Source: Mytilus edulis
Taxonomy: Eukaryota
Assembly (NCBI RefSeq): GCF_963676685.1
Contig: NC_092346.1
Location: 26,226,001-26,290,000 of the forward strand
Length of the DNA: 64,000 bases
Direction of reading: 5' to 3'
Shown: in pieces, positions 1 to 14,300 of the stretch
How positions within the stretch are numbered: the stretch's first letter is position 1
How the letters are laid out: each line of letters begins with the position of its first letter
Notes under the pieces: model-generated
What the model saw: the letters and a program-made list of their open reading frames with translations, nothing else
The model's database searches: none
Told to the model about the DNA's origin: nothing
Position numbers and translations under genes: made by a program

Positions 1-790
1 ATTCTGATGTTGAAGAACGTGTGCAACTTCTACATGTGTCAAATTTGAGGATAGTCAGCTTTTAATGAATATGAAGAACATGTGTGCAACTTGTACATAT
101 GTCAAATTTTAGAAAAGCCTGATTTTGAAGAACATGTGTTCAACTTTTAGTGTGTTAAATTTAAGGATAGTCTGATTAGATGAATGGCAAGAACATGTGT
201 ACAACTTTTAGTGTGTCAAATTTTAGGACGGTTTGATTTTAATGAATTTTGAAGATCATGTATTTTTCTTAGTGCGTCAAATTTTAGGATAGTCCGATTT
301 TGTTGAATTTGAAGACAATATGTACAACTTTGAAGTGTGACATTATAGATCAATCTGTTTGGATGAATGTAAAAAACATGTGTACAACTTGTAACTGTGT
401 TGAATTGTATGAGTCTGATCTTGATGAATGTTGGGAACATGTGTACAACTTCCAAGTATATCAAATTGTAGGACAGTTCTATAGTGTTGTCTTAATGAAT
501 GTTGGGAACACGTGTACCACTTCTAATTGTGTCAAATTGTAGGACAGTCTTAAAGTCTTATCTTGATGAATGTTGGGAACATGTGTACAACTTTAAAGTA
601 TCAGTATCAAATTGAAGGACAGTCTGCATGGATTAATGTTTAGAACATGTGTAAAACTTTTAAGTGTGTCAAAGTTTATGACAGTCTGATTTTGATGAAT
701 GTAAAGAATGTAAATTCCGATTTTATTGGGCGCAAAGAGGTGAACATATGTAAAAATAAGAGCGACACATTGTAGGATAGTTCGATTTTG
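1..790. repeat. Degenerate ~60-bp tandem satellite, truncated by the window start
   Basis: The motif TGATGAATGTTGGGAACATGTGTACAACTTT...GTGTCAAATT(G/T)TAGGA(C/T)AGTC recurs about every 60 bp. ORFs 216-464 and 300-542 are by-products of it. Confidence 0.9.
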
Positions 791-2371
791 ATGTAACTTT
801 GTTCAACTTCTAAATGATTCTAATTAATTCTTATTTGGATGTACAGCTTCTAACTGTGTATATTTTTTAGACCGTTTTATCTGTCCACAGATTTTTATAC
901 TCACAAAAATATACGTTTTAGCAGGTGTGCAACTACTAAGTGAATCTTCTTTGAGTTCACAAGAATATATTTTAGATGTACACGTACATACAGCAGGTGT
1001 TTAACTTTTAAATGTGCATCTTCAAGCAGTGAAACAGCAATTGTTGGCATTAATTATTGTGAAATTAATCAATTCCTCAATCATGTATGATTGGTTTTTC
1101 AAGAAGAAAATTTTAGTTCCCTTTGAATGAATTCCATATCTTTTGTATTTTTCAATGTGAAAATTCAATTTGCCAAAATTTAATTGTTCAGGTAATTAAC
1201 AACTTATTTTGGATAAGGGTTTTACGTCCTTCCCAATAAAGCTACTAGGCAGTCTGGCTAATAATAATAAGTTCATATTGGCTTGTGTACTAGTATTATA
1301 AATAGATAAAAAGAACAAAGCATATTGTAAATATTAGACTTTCTTTATGAGGAATACAGAGTATCTCATACAGAAAAACAATCAACTTTTCTTAAAATAT
1401 GTTTTTAAATGATTTTTTTAGGGAGATTGGGTCTATATTTTGGGCTTACTGAAGCTTGTATTCTAACAGTATTAGTTAAAGACAAGAAAAATGTAAAATT
1501 GTGTAAATGTGAGACTTTGTTTATGAATAAATGGCATTTAACTATAGTGTCTTAATCATTGTTGTGTATATATATATATCAAACAGTGAAAACACTACTA
1601 GTAGGTATTTTCAAGATAATCAGGATAGCTTTACAGGAAAAATTCCAAATGCTCTAACTGAGAATCCTTAAACTATACTACACTCAATGAAGCAACTCAT
1701 AATTAATGATATTTAAGAGACATTCAAGGATAATTTGTTTCCTTATCAATATTTAGCAAGCTGAATTTTATAAAAATGGGGAATATATCAATGGGCAATC
1801 AAAAACCAAAATCAATTAATGACAAAAACTAGTCCACCAAACTACAAATTGAGTAACACATACTCCACTTTACTCCAGGGGTGAACTCAGGTGTTCTGGA
1901 AGCGTTAGCAGTAAACAGTTCCAACTCCACTATTGACTTCTATTGTGTTACTATTGCAAGTAAAAACTGCTTCAAACTTTCAATTTCAAAGTGCACAGAA
2001 ATCAAAATCTACCACAGAAAATGATAATATGACTTTAACATATACATGTAGTTTATATTTAAATGGAAACATTACACAGGGTATGAATATAAAGGATTAA
2101 TGCCATTGAAATGGCAATGAATGGCATTGTAATGGCATTAAAGAAAGTCAACAGGCATTATTTTGTTTTCTCATGGTTTACATTCTATCATGGAATGAAT
2201 CAGGATAAAAAGAAATGCATTATCTTATCTTGAAATATCTGTTCAAAATAATGCATCTTGACAAGTGTAATTGCAATGAAAACTGTGAAACTGACTCAAG
2301 ACATCACCAACTTTTGTACAAATGATCCACTAAATAATATAAGCACACATAAAAAGGAATACTCTTATATA

Positions 2372-5300
2372 TCAAGTTATAAATTGTTTTAATTTATCCA
2401 TGGTTTTAATAGACAAGTTAACACATTCCATCCATTTGTTGTTTTCAGAGTTTGTGTATGTCCGTAAATTTTCTGTGAATTGTAATACCATCTTTAAACA
2501 TCTGAAAAAAAATGAAAAAAAATTGAATATACTGTAGAAACAATAATTTTCGTGTGGTTCAAATTTCGTAGTTTTGTCTCTCTATAAGATTTCATGGGGA
2601 TTTAATTTTGTGTTTTCTTTAAATGTAAGTGGTATTATAAGGAAGCTAAATTTTCGTGGGGGTTTTAATTTCGTGGATATATTCTTTCTATGAAATAATT
2701 ACCGAAATTAAATACTCCACGAAAATTTCTGCTTCTAAAGTATATTATTATATCACAAAATAATGTATTTACTAAATGTACTATATATTGTAGCTGACTG
2801 GAGAAGTCCAGGTGACCATAAGTTACCACTCCAGTCAGATTGATTAATCAATTGATTTGTGTTTAACATCACTATCAGCACTGTTGGATATTTCTTGTTG
2901 GCCATTTTACATTGGTGGAGGAAGTCAGAGACCCCAGAGTCAATTAAGATTGGGTTTGAAGTTTGAACCCACCTGTCATGTGCCCTACTCAAACTCACAA
3001 TCTCAGTGTTGACAAGCTAGTGAAACAGTAGTTGAAACTACTTAGACCACTAAGCTGCTGAGGCCCATACTCCAGTCAGAACATAGGGCATGATATATAT
3101 TAGTACAAATGAATCTGTACAAATGCAATTTTCAACCTAACATTAGATTTAGAATCACACAAACCATTATTTATAATATAAAAGAAAAATTGAAATAAAA
3201 TTGAGAATGGAAATGGGGAATGTGCCAAAGAGACAACAACCCGACCATAGAAAAAAAACCACAACAGCAGAAGGTCACCAACAGGTCTTCAATGTAGCGA
3301 GAAATTCCCGCACCCGGAGGCGTCCTTCAACTGGCCCCTAAACAAATATATACTAGTTCAGTGATAATGAACGCCATACTAATTTCCAAGAATTTACACA
3401 AGAAACTAAAATTAAAATAATACAAGACTAACAAAGGCCAGAGGCTCCTGACTTGGGACAGGCGCAAAAATGCGGCGGGGTTTTGTGAGATCTCAACCCT
3501 CCCCCCTTTACCTCTAGCCAATGTAGAAAAGTAAACGCATAACAATACGCACATTAATTCAGTTCAAGAAAAGTCTGAGTCTGATGTCAGAAGATGTAAC
3601 CAAAGAAAATAAACAAAATGACAATAATACATAAATAACAACAGACTACTAGCAGTTAACTGACATGCCAGCTCATGATTTCATCATATGAACATCAGGC
3701 ACAATCCTTCCCTTTAGGGGTTTAGTATCATACCATCATAACATATATGAGAAGAACATAACCCGTGTCATGCCAACAACTGGTTTTTGAATAAATATGT
3801 TTAGTTCCGATGCAAAGACCCTATAAGTGAATCAATATTAACGCCAAAATATGTGTTTTTTTCCAAGTTATTTTTCCAAATTTTTTTTTTTAATAATTGT
3901 CAGCAATGCTATAAAGATTTCCAGAACAAAAATTGATGTTCTGTAACATATTTCCTAGCAATGATAAAGAAATGTTTCCTTTATGCTGATTTAACCAATT
4001 ACTTTTTCTAATTATAATTTCCAATTTAATCATCGTGTGACAGAAAAATATTTGTCATGTCCTTCACGTCTTTATTATCATATTGTCATACAAGACTGAA
4101 CAGACATCAGAAATAGTTAATAATTCATAAGTAATCATAATTTTAAATGGAGCTTTGAACTTACAACTTATTCATATCAATTCAAGCTAAGCATGTTTTA
4201 AATACTCCCTCTTCCAACCCCCACCCCCCAAAAAAAAAACAACAACAAAAAAAAAAACAATACAAGAATGTGTTGCTATTTGATATTATGCCCACCTCAG
4301 CGTAAAAACCTTGGTTTCATGTTATAATAAACCAACCAAATTATTTTATATTTTTCATGTTGGTACCTTTCATAGCCATTGATACAGTATGGTTTTTTTT
4401 TACCATTGTTGGAAGATTGTAGGGTTGTCTTTAATTGCTTACATTCATTCCATTTGTCTTATTTGCATTCTTACCACATCTCCTTTAATAATACTTTTAT
4501 ATTCGTAAAATTAGAATCAAATTAATGTCACATTACTTCATGGTGAGAAACTTATTATGAAAAGATCACCATAACATATAATCTACATGTGTACTAAGGA
4601 TCAAGTTGAGTTGCTTTGTGGTGACAAGCCTTAACTTAAAATGGACAAATGGAAGGACCGAGACATCGATTGAAAACAATACTATCATAAGAGGGGTAGA
4701 GCATGAGAGGCAGAAAAAATGAATGGGATTCTTATTTCTAAAATATGTGCTTAATAGTGAGGTTGAAACTGGAAATTTTTAGTCATTCAATAATATTTTG
4801 TTTGGAAGATTATTTTCCCTATTTCATCACTTACGCTTGCAATTAAAAAATATATTATGGTTACATGGTGGAAATATTAAAATTTTTATGTACATGTATT
4901 CGTTATAGCCAAAAAATTGCTACAAGATGAAGATCACACATATCAAATAAAAACTTGCATTTATTTTGATATATCAATAAGGATTATTTTTCTTCTGATA
5001 GAGAATATTAAAGTTGCATTAATCAATTTTACAATTTGTCATTGATCAAAATTTTTCTAGTTATGTTAAAGGACATGAAAAAAACTTGCATGCAAACTTT
5101 TTTGTAAATGATCAGAGACTGTTACAGTTCTGTAATTTATATTACATAAGAGGAATTTATTTTTGCCCTTTGTAGTCCGCACTACTATCTAGTGTTTGTC
5201 AGACTTAGCTGAACCAAATGACTTAAGCCATGATAATTAATTCATAAGAAAGAATACAGTAGGATTGTAATTAAAACTTTTTTGTATTGATTTCAATGAG

Positions 5301-8300
5301 ATATCATTTGTTTTGTGAATATTCAATGAACTTATAATGACTTTAGGTACCAGCGGTAAATATATACATGACAACAGCACGTCACAATTTGAAACACCAA
5401 CACATAAATTTAATATCCATATAAATGATAAATCTGTAATAGCTCTTATTCAATTAAAATATTAATGATGTTGAACACCACTACACTAAGTAATACATTA
5501 ACCCATATATTTGACATTTAGTCTAATGTTTAAAGCTCTGTTTACAGCCTTTCTAGTTATTAATAATTTCAATTCAGGAAATAATGTAATATCCATGATA
5601 ATAATAATTGGGGAAAGTGTCCATGGGACACAGGATGCCCCCAATTGCATATAACATTATAAATGGACATAACTCAAGAACTGTAAAAGTGATGCTACCC
5701 TAATTTGTACTTGATATGAGTTTTGTGGTAATCAGCATTGTTTATATTTTTCATAACATTGAGTTCAGGCAAACTTAAGTCATCAATTTTTCCATTCGTA
5801 AAAGGGCATAACTCTAGAACGGTATAAGTGACGCCACCAAAATTCAAACTTGATCTGTGTTTTGTAGTAATAAGCTTAGGGCTTGCTGTAAAGAGTATCT
5901 CTCACAGCGAAGTTGGCATCTGATTGTGAGGTGTTATACATGAGTGTATTGTGTATTGGCCATCGAGCATCCTCTTGATTGAATTCGTCTAAATTACATG
6001 CCGGGACAGTCTCAAATGTCTCAAATAACATCGCTATTTGTTTGTTGGTTATATTTCCTACAACATGAGGAAGCAGATACTGCGCAAAGAAGTAATTTTC
6101 TGATGATATCAAACCCCAGTTCCATTATCATGTAGTCTATTTTTGCCCTAATTTTGTTTTCAACATGCCGATGTGCAAGCAACTGCATGTTGACTTTAAG
6201 GCAGCGACGTGCCTGTGTATAGTGTATACCTGATTACACGTTAGAAACACTAAGAACTTTCTGTATAGCCTAAAAAGAATGAATGACATTGAAAACATCA
6301 GAAAACACCTAAAACTCAAATTTCTTTAAATAAATAGCGAAATAAGACTCAAGTCCAAACTGTTGTGTTCCATCCAAATTGATTTGAATGGGATTTCCCC
6401 AACTAGAGGCTCCTAGGTATGCACATTTTAATAATTTATATACTATGACAATAGTTTATGTGCATCAGCTAATTCCCAGCATATTATTATGAATAATTTA
6501 GTTGTTATCTTCTACTGATCTACGATGGCTTCATTAACATTTAAATGCATAGTCAACGAAAAATTGACAATCGATCAATCCAAATTAGCGCAGGAGTTAC
6601 CTATCTCTAGTTAATTGAGCTGCTAGCTGATTGGCTCTCTAAACCAAAAGGAAGTGATCAGAATCCAAAATTTTTGTTTTTAGCCTACTTAAAATTGTTG
6701 CCCTATCAAACAGTTAGATATATTATGGGGAGGGTCTGAATTATTGGGGTTAGTCCTTAAATAATACAAGTATGCCATTTTATGGCAAGCCGTTTGTATG
6801 CAGATTTTGGCAATTTACGAAATCAAAACTCCTAGCAACTAGAATTTTTCCTCAAACCATGAAAATGGCCACAACAATAAATGAATCTACAGTACTCAAG
6901 AATATTGTAATGGAGTACATTTTTGTAGTACAATATTTCTAAGTAAAATTGACTAGTTGAAAGAAGAAAAACGGTTATTTCATCACTGGTTTTAGTTGTT
7001 ACTATATATCTTACTTTATATGTTTTTTTTCTTCCAATTTCTTTGTTTCTATTGTAACCAGGTCACATGTGGTCAACCATACAATCAAATGTACACTCTG
7101 GTGAATTATAAAACAACTGGAAGGAAATGTTATAACAACAACAGATTAGGAATTTCAATTATTTTTTAAATTAAACAAATTACAATAGAAGCACTTAATA
7201 TTATTATCTGATCTTTTAGTTTAAATATCTCAGTCACCAGACTTTCTGAAAAAAAACATCAAACAGGAATAAAAAAATTCTAAAGTTAATCGAAAAAAAT
7301 GGAATATGTTCAAATTACCATAGCAAAATTAAAAGTTTTTTTCTATTCAAATAAGTTCTTGATGATTTTTTAATTCAATAGCAAATATTTTCATTTCGTA
7401 AGGTTGAAAAATTTCTATTCAAATACTCTTTGATCCTTTCTGAATTAACAGCACTTTAAATTTTTAAGGTTTTATAGGCCACTACTTTTAATTGATTTCT
7501 AAAATAAAAAAAATAAAACAATAGAAATTCATTGGAGTACAACAATTCATTTGAAATTGAAAGCATAAATATCTAATTCTTGAAATTTGCAATGCAAATT
7601 ATGAAACTAATTTGTCATGCCTCAGCGCTTATGGACAATAAGATACCTACCAATTAATCAACGATTGTAGATTGTTTCTTTGACGTGAACGTAATGTTTT
7701 ATTTTTTAATTGTTCCTGACGTGTTTGAAGTGCTGTAAACACTTGAGTAATCACAGTTTCACATTCTGTTACAATTCTCAATAATAAATTTATAATTTCA
7801 CCATCTTGATTCCCTGACCCCGAATCCTGTAAGAAGAAAAGAACATCATTTTCTAATACAAGAATTTCAAGGTTTGGCTTCATTTTTTGTGCTAATTAAA
7901 TGAATAATGTTTGCAAAACAATGACTTTTGTTTTTAAATGTAATGAATGTTTTTTTTTTCTGTTTTCTACTGTAACAATGAACAGTTTGTAGCTAAAATC
8001 AAAGTACATGTACCAATATCTGTGAAAAAAGTGATAATGTAATTTGTATAAGAACAAGTTAAATTTTGAGGAAACTATATGTAACCATGGTAGCTATATC
8101 TTGTCAAAATGAGTCTATTCAGGATATAGTAAATTTTTTTAACAATAAACTACAGTTTCATGCAATTTTACTTCTTATGATGTTGACCAAAGACTCAAGC
8201 TTACAAAACAGTTTAGAACGGTTCAACTCTTTTATGAAATCATGCAGCAAGAATAAAGAGAGAAGTGGGTTAAACATCAACCTGTAATACAAAAACAAAC

Positions 8301-11300
8301 AAAAACAAACCAAACAAGTGAAACTGTGAGCTTCTGCTCACTGATGAAACCCCCTTCCAAAAGTTCCTGATAAAAATGTGACGAAAAATTTTCAACTTGG
8401 CTATCAGGTGTAAAAATGATACAAGTGTTCGGTAAACAGGAAGTTGTCGAGTGATGAATCTGAAAAAGCATCACACAGTATAGCTGACTTATATCAAGCC
8501 TGAAACCAAATTTCAGAAATCCTGGTAGTGTAGTTCCTGAGAAAAATGTGACGAAAAATATTCATGGGACGGACAGACTGACTGACAGACTGACGGACTG
8601 ACGGACTGATGGACTGACAGACAGAGGTAAAACAGTATACCCCCCTTTTTTTCAAAGCGGGGGTATAAAAACAGAAAAGATGGCTTCCCCCAAACTGTAA
8701 GGGATGGCAAAAATATATTACTTTCATGGAAAAAATTGTTCTTATATTCATTCATTTTGTTTTCAATGAAAATGCATTGTCATAATTTTGTTTAATTGCT
8801 TTAGATATGTTTCGGCCTATTAACAGTATACATTGCATATATTTACCTGGTAGAAAGTAAAAAAACCAAGTCAACAACTGGGTCAAAAATCAAGTGTCTT
8901 TAGAATATGTAAAGATCTAAATTGACATATCTTAAAATTTCAAAATTTTTCTTACCTTATATCTGAAAAGAGTTTGTATTTTTATATTTAACATTTCACC
9001 AATAAATACACTGCAATCAGCAAATGGTGAAAATACTCTGAAATAGAAAAATAGAGAATCCATTAATAACAACAAATGTGACATTTATACAAATCAAATT
9101 TTTGATTTTGGTCTGAAAAGTTTTCATACTCAACATGTGATGTTCTGAGTCATGTCAAACTAGATGTGTCAAAGCGACACGAATGGCCCTGTCCCAAAAA
9201 GTTGAAAAATCTGCAATTCCAATAACACATGTGGACACAAACATGATGGTAGTCTCACATTTAAAAAATAACCTCAAAATCTGGAGGGGTATAGAAAAAA
9301 AATCCGTATAACTTTTATTTTCAATAATTTATCAAAGTCCAAAGCCTGTAATTTCAGCAAGAAAGAGCGAAGCGGAACAAGACTTATACTTGATCTGTAA
9401 CTCATCATGGGTAACTCACATATCAAATATTAGCCCAATATCTGAAGGCGTTTAGAAAAAAAGTCTGTATAACTGTGATTTTCAACAATTTCTCAAAGTT
9501 CAAAGTCTGTAATTTCAGCAAAAATTAGTGGAGGGGAACGAAACTTAAACTTGAATTGTAACTCATCATGGTTAACTCACATACCAAAAATCAGCCCAAT
9601 ATCTGAAAGCGTTTAGAAAAAAACTCTGTATAATGGTTTGTTGCGGAATGACAGAATGACGGAATTACGGAATTACAGAATTTCGGAATGTAGGACGACA
9701 AGGGTAAAAGACTAAAAGTATATGGAATCGACAACTTCGTTGCGGGGCCATAAAAATGAAAAAAAAAAAAAAGACAAACAACAGTCTGTAAAAGGCTCAT
9801 AAAAAACTAAAGATTAGCAACATAAACCCTACCAAAAAGCCAGTGATGATTTCAAAAGCTCTGGAAGAGTGAACAAATCAGGCTTCCCATTTGGAACCCC
9901 TTGTATTGCTCATGATGATGGTAAGTACATAGATGGTGTTCGGTCTCATTTGGTTATGTCTCAGTTGAGATAACAAACACAAAAGCTCTGAAAGAGTGAA
10001 TGAATCAGGCTTCCCATTTGGAACCCTTGTATTGCTCATGATGGTGGTAAGTACATAGATGGTGTTCGGTCTCATTTGGTTATGTCTCAGTTGAGATAAC
10101 AAACACAAAAGCTCTGAAAGAGTGAATGAATCAGGCTTCCCATTTGGAACCCTTGTATTGCTCATGATGGTGGTAAGTACATAGATGGTGTTCGGTCTCA
10201 TTTGGTTATGTCTCAGTTGAGATAACAAACACAAAAGCTCTGAAAAAGTGAATGAATCAGGCTTCCCATTTGGAACCCTTGTATTGCTCATGATGATGGT
10301 AAGTACATAGATGGTGTTCAGTCTCATTTTGTTATGTCTCAGTTGAGATAAGAAACACAAAAGCTCTGGAAGAGTGAACGAATCAGGCTTCCCATTTGGA
10401 ACCCCTTGTATTGCTCATGATGATGGTAAGTACATAGATGGTGTTCAGTCTTATTTGGTTATGTCTCAGTTGAGATAAGAAACATCAACTGGAACATATC
10501 TGTCACACAAATATTTTATGACTGTTAACCAACTCATGATGACAATCTTTAACATTTCTAAGCGATGACTTAAACTTTACCATTAAAAACCCTTAGTTTA
10601 ATGTTATCCTTGTATCAAAGTAGCAACACTATATCAAGGAAGTCATTATAGGAAACACAAGCTCTTCAATATTATATACAATACAACAAGGTCTAAATCA
10701 TCCAGAGCCTAGAAAACTTGTAAAGTTCCAATATAAATAAATGTCTTAAAAATATCTTTTTAAAGACAATCAGATTTTAAACGGGACATGCACATGTATA
10801 GAAGAGTTCCACTTAATTTTTAATGTTGAGATCATAACCATACTTTTTCAACCTTCATCAGCGGAAATACTCAAAGATATATCATTTATTCATCATTCAC
10901 GCACGAACTTGTCTCAGAAAAAAATATATCTTTGTAACTTTCAGGTATAGAGATGTGATTTTTTTCTGAAGCAAGTTCTTGTAACTTTCTGCCAGAACTT
11001 GCCATCATCTGATGTTCAGTACTTCTGTACTTTGATTAATGTTGAGATTTTAACCATACTATTTCAACCTTCATCAGCGGAAATACTCAAAGAGACATCA
11101 AAGAACATAAATAGAAATGATCACAGGAAAAGGAAATACTATATAATATATGACAAATTTTATTTCACGCTCATGTGGAGATTTCACTCAAGTTTTTCCA
11201 TTCTGCGACATAATTATATATTTTTACCTGTTCAAGACTTCCTGAATTGTCTTTCTAATATTCCATTTATTACATAATAGATTGATTATAGCTGTCGTTT

Positions 11301-14300
11301 CTTTTGTTATTAAATCATTTTCTTGAAAATTAGAATCAATGATTTCCTTGTCATTCCAATGGGTTCTGAAAATATCAAAAGAAAATCTAATACTACAAAG
11401 AAATAAATATGGATATAAATGCTATTGGTTTAAGATGAAACTAAAGATTATTTTCGCTTTCAGATGAAATTCAAAAATTCAAACTAAGGATCAGACTTTC
11501 TACTGGGGATAAATCTCACAAAGCATAATAATTTACAAACTGAAAATTGATTTTCAAACAAAGTAGAAAGTAAATGTTTCCTCACTTTTAAAATGATTGA
11601 CTGAATTCAAAAAATTTACAATCAGGCAAAATAAGTTTTTTTTTAGTCAATAAAAGCTTTTAAACAATATAATTGAATATTTCATTGCAGTGTTTGATGT
11701 CATTTCAAGCTATAAATCATTTAAATTGAACATTTTATAGCAAACAGATTTTTTTCCAAATAAAAGTGATAAAACAAAAAACTCATAAATGATAAGCAAA
11801 ATAAAAAAAAGGAAACCAATTTCAGTATAAACATTGCAAACAAACATTTTAATGTTACTTCAATATTGATGTGTTGCCTTAAAAATTATGCATAAACATT
11901 CCAAAGTACAATAAAATCATTACTGAAAATTGGTTTAATTGTCAGTTTATGTTGATATAATGGTACAATGCTACATTAAGGGAGACACATTACATTTACA
12001 GATATCAGGGGATTCCATTTTTCTATTACGAGGGGCGTAAAGGGGGGTATCTGCATGGAAGAACGCGAAATAAAATGCCATTTCATGATGAACAAACAAT
12101 TAAAAATTTCTTGCATGTTGATCTTTTTACCGATTTCTTCACGAAACACGGTGAATAATGAACCTTTTTCACAGCAGCACGTGAAATAAAAATGGCAAAA
12201 CACGTTGAACGAAAATAACCCCTCACCACCCTCTATTACAATTGCCCCCTTGATGTATTTACATATTTTTTAAAAGGTAACACTAGTAAAATATATTGAA
12301 AATTAAGATTTTTAAACTTAACATTAAAAAAAAGAGGACAAAATGGAATAAGATAAAATATTTTCCTCCTTTAAAGTCCAGATGATTTGTATAAGCAGAT
12401 GACAGGGTTATAACTGACTAGCTGGAATCCAGCTATGCTCGATGCATATATCAGCAGTTTTATTCAGCACATTTATTATCTTTTGTGTTACTATTTTTTT
12501 TAAACAATCATATATATCATATTAAGAGGGCTATACACATAATTCAGACAGAGAATATAAAAAGAGGATGTGGTATGATGCCAATGAGACAACACTCCAC
12601 AAGAGACCAAATAACACAGAAATTAACAACTATAGGTCACTGTACAGCCTTCAACAATGAGCAAAGCCCATACCACATGGTCTGCTATAAAAGGCCCAGG
12701 AAAGACTAGATGCTTGATAGACATAAAAGCTGTTGGCTTTTTTATTAAGCAAAGAGACATGATAACTCAATAATTTGTTTTTCTTGAGTTTATTCTACGT
12801 GCAAATTTAACATTTTAATTTTTAATTTCTAGATTTACTTTATGTTTCTAGGTCTGTTTTTCCTGTGCATAATAAAAAGGATTTATTGAATTCGAAAACC
12901 CACTTTAATTACAATATAGAAAAGGTTGGCGGTTTTCTTTTGGGACCCTGGTTTCCTCCACCAAATATTTTTATTGATCGCCATGAAATAGTACAAAAGT
13001 GTTGAAAGTGGTGTTGAACACCAATCAATCAATCAATCAACCACAGCATCATCAATAAACTGTGAATTCTGATGTACTGCTGAAAAATGATTTGCGTATA
13101 TTCTTTTTCAGCAAAACTTCAGATTTCACAGTGTCATTGTTTTGGTTAAAAAAATAACGACCATCTTTTTAAAAAAAAATTTGCAATTCAGCATTGGAAA
13201 ATAATCTTGGGACTCTAACAGTTTTAATATTTCAAGCTACTTTTCATGCATAATTCTAATCAAATATAAAGTTGTTTCCCACATGTTGAGACAATTTCCT
13301 GGTTTGAAATGGAAATAAAAAAAGAAGACAAAAAGTAAATTCTTTAAATCCCAAAAGCTTTGATGCCATAGAAACTTGAGGAATGTAATTTTTTTTAATT
13401 TTCTAAAAATTAATTGCTTTAGTGCATTAATAACAGCTGTTCTGATGAGTATATTAATAGTTCAATTTTTTTTAACATTACTTAATACTGTGTAAAATGT
13501 TCATGCAAATTTAGAATGCAGGAGTATTACATTTATCATATCTATTAAATCTTTGAAATGTATTTCTCCAGCAATACAACATAAAGCCATTATTGAATAA
13601 TAGAAATTTAATATCAAATTAACATATCCCCAATGAAATGAAATGGTGTACACATTATGATTAATTATCAAACACCCAGTAAAAAAGACTTATATCTATC
13701 ATCTAATTAGCCATTACGGTTTTTGTTCTTCTGCATAATCAAATTCATAACAAAGAAACCTCCAATGGTAGTTTTGCAGGATAAAACACAACATGTATTT
13801 TATCATTCATTATTTAAGAATTAAAAAAAAAGGTTTATAAATTATTCTTTAACATCCAAAATTCGAAGATAAACAAATAACAGATCCATGAAAATTGGAT
13901 GTTTTTCATGCTGTAAAATTTTCATAATATTAAATGAAACATACATCTTCCCTAACAGAACTTTCAGATTTGATCAAAAAGAACTTTTAAGAACTTTTAT
14001 TTCATCAATTAAATTTTACAAAAAATTAGCATCTGACTTTAAGAACTTCTATATTTGATCGACAAAATTTTATGAAACTTTGGCATACGACTTGAACTTT
14101 TATATTTGATTGACTATATTTTAAAAAAAAAAGGGCATATGACTTTAAGAACTTTTATCTTTTGACAACTAAATTTAGTAATACTTTGGAATTTGACTAG
14201 GAACTTAAGCAAATATGCCAATCCCTTGTCATTGCCTCAATATAGGTGCAACATCACTAATTTGGGCCGGGCTAGAAAGCACATACCAGAAAGTAATACA

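Noticed and set aside
2839-3066. tRNA gene
   Set aside because: Only a degenerate A-box-like head is present, with no cloverleaf, and it is followed by a SINE core and tail.
5876-6135. GC-richer 78-aa ORF in the last ERMARD intron as an extra exon or nested gene
   Set aside because: The ERMARD model is complete without it. There is an in-frame stop just upstream, no recognisable motif and no convincing splice pair.
9878-10360. 160-aa ORF with 42-aa repeats as a repeat protein
   Set aside because: It is a by-product of the 126-bp intronic array. The terminal units shift frame and there are no splice signals.
10820-11100. Duplicated ~60-bp block (near 10822 and 11038) with a short minus-strand MMASSGRK reading between
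   Set aside because: The reading is too short, stops quickly and shows no recognisable homology. It is treated as a local duplication.
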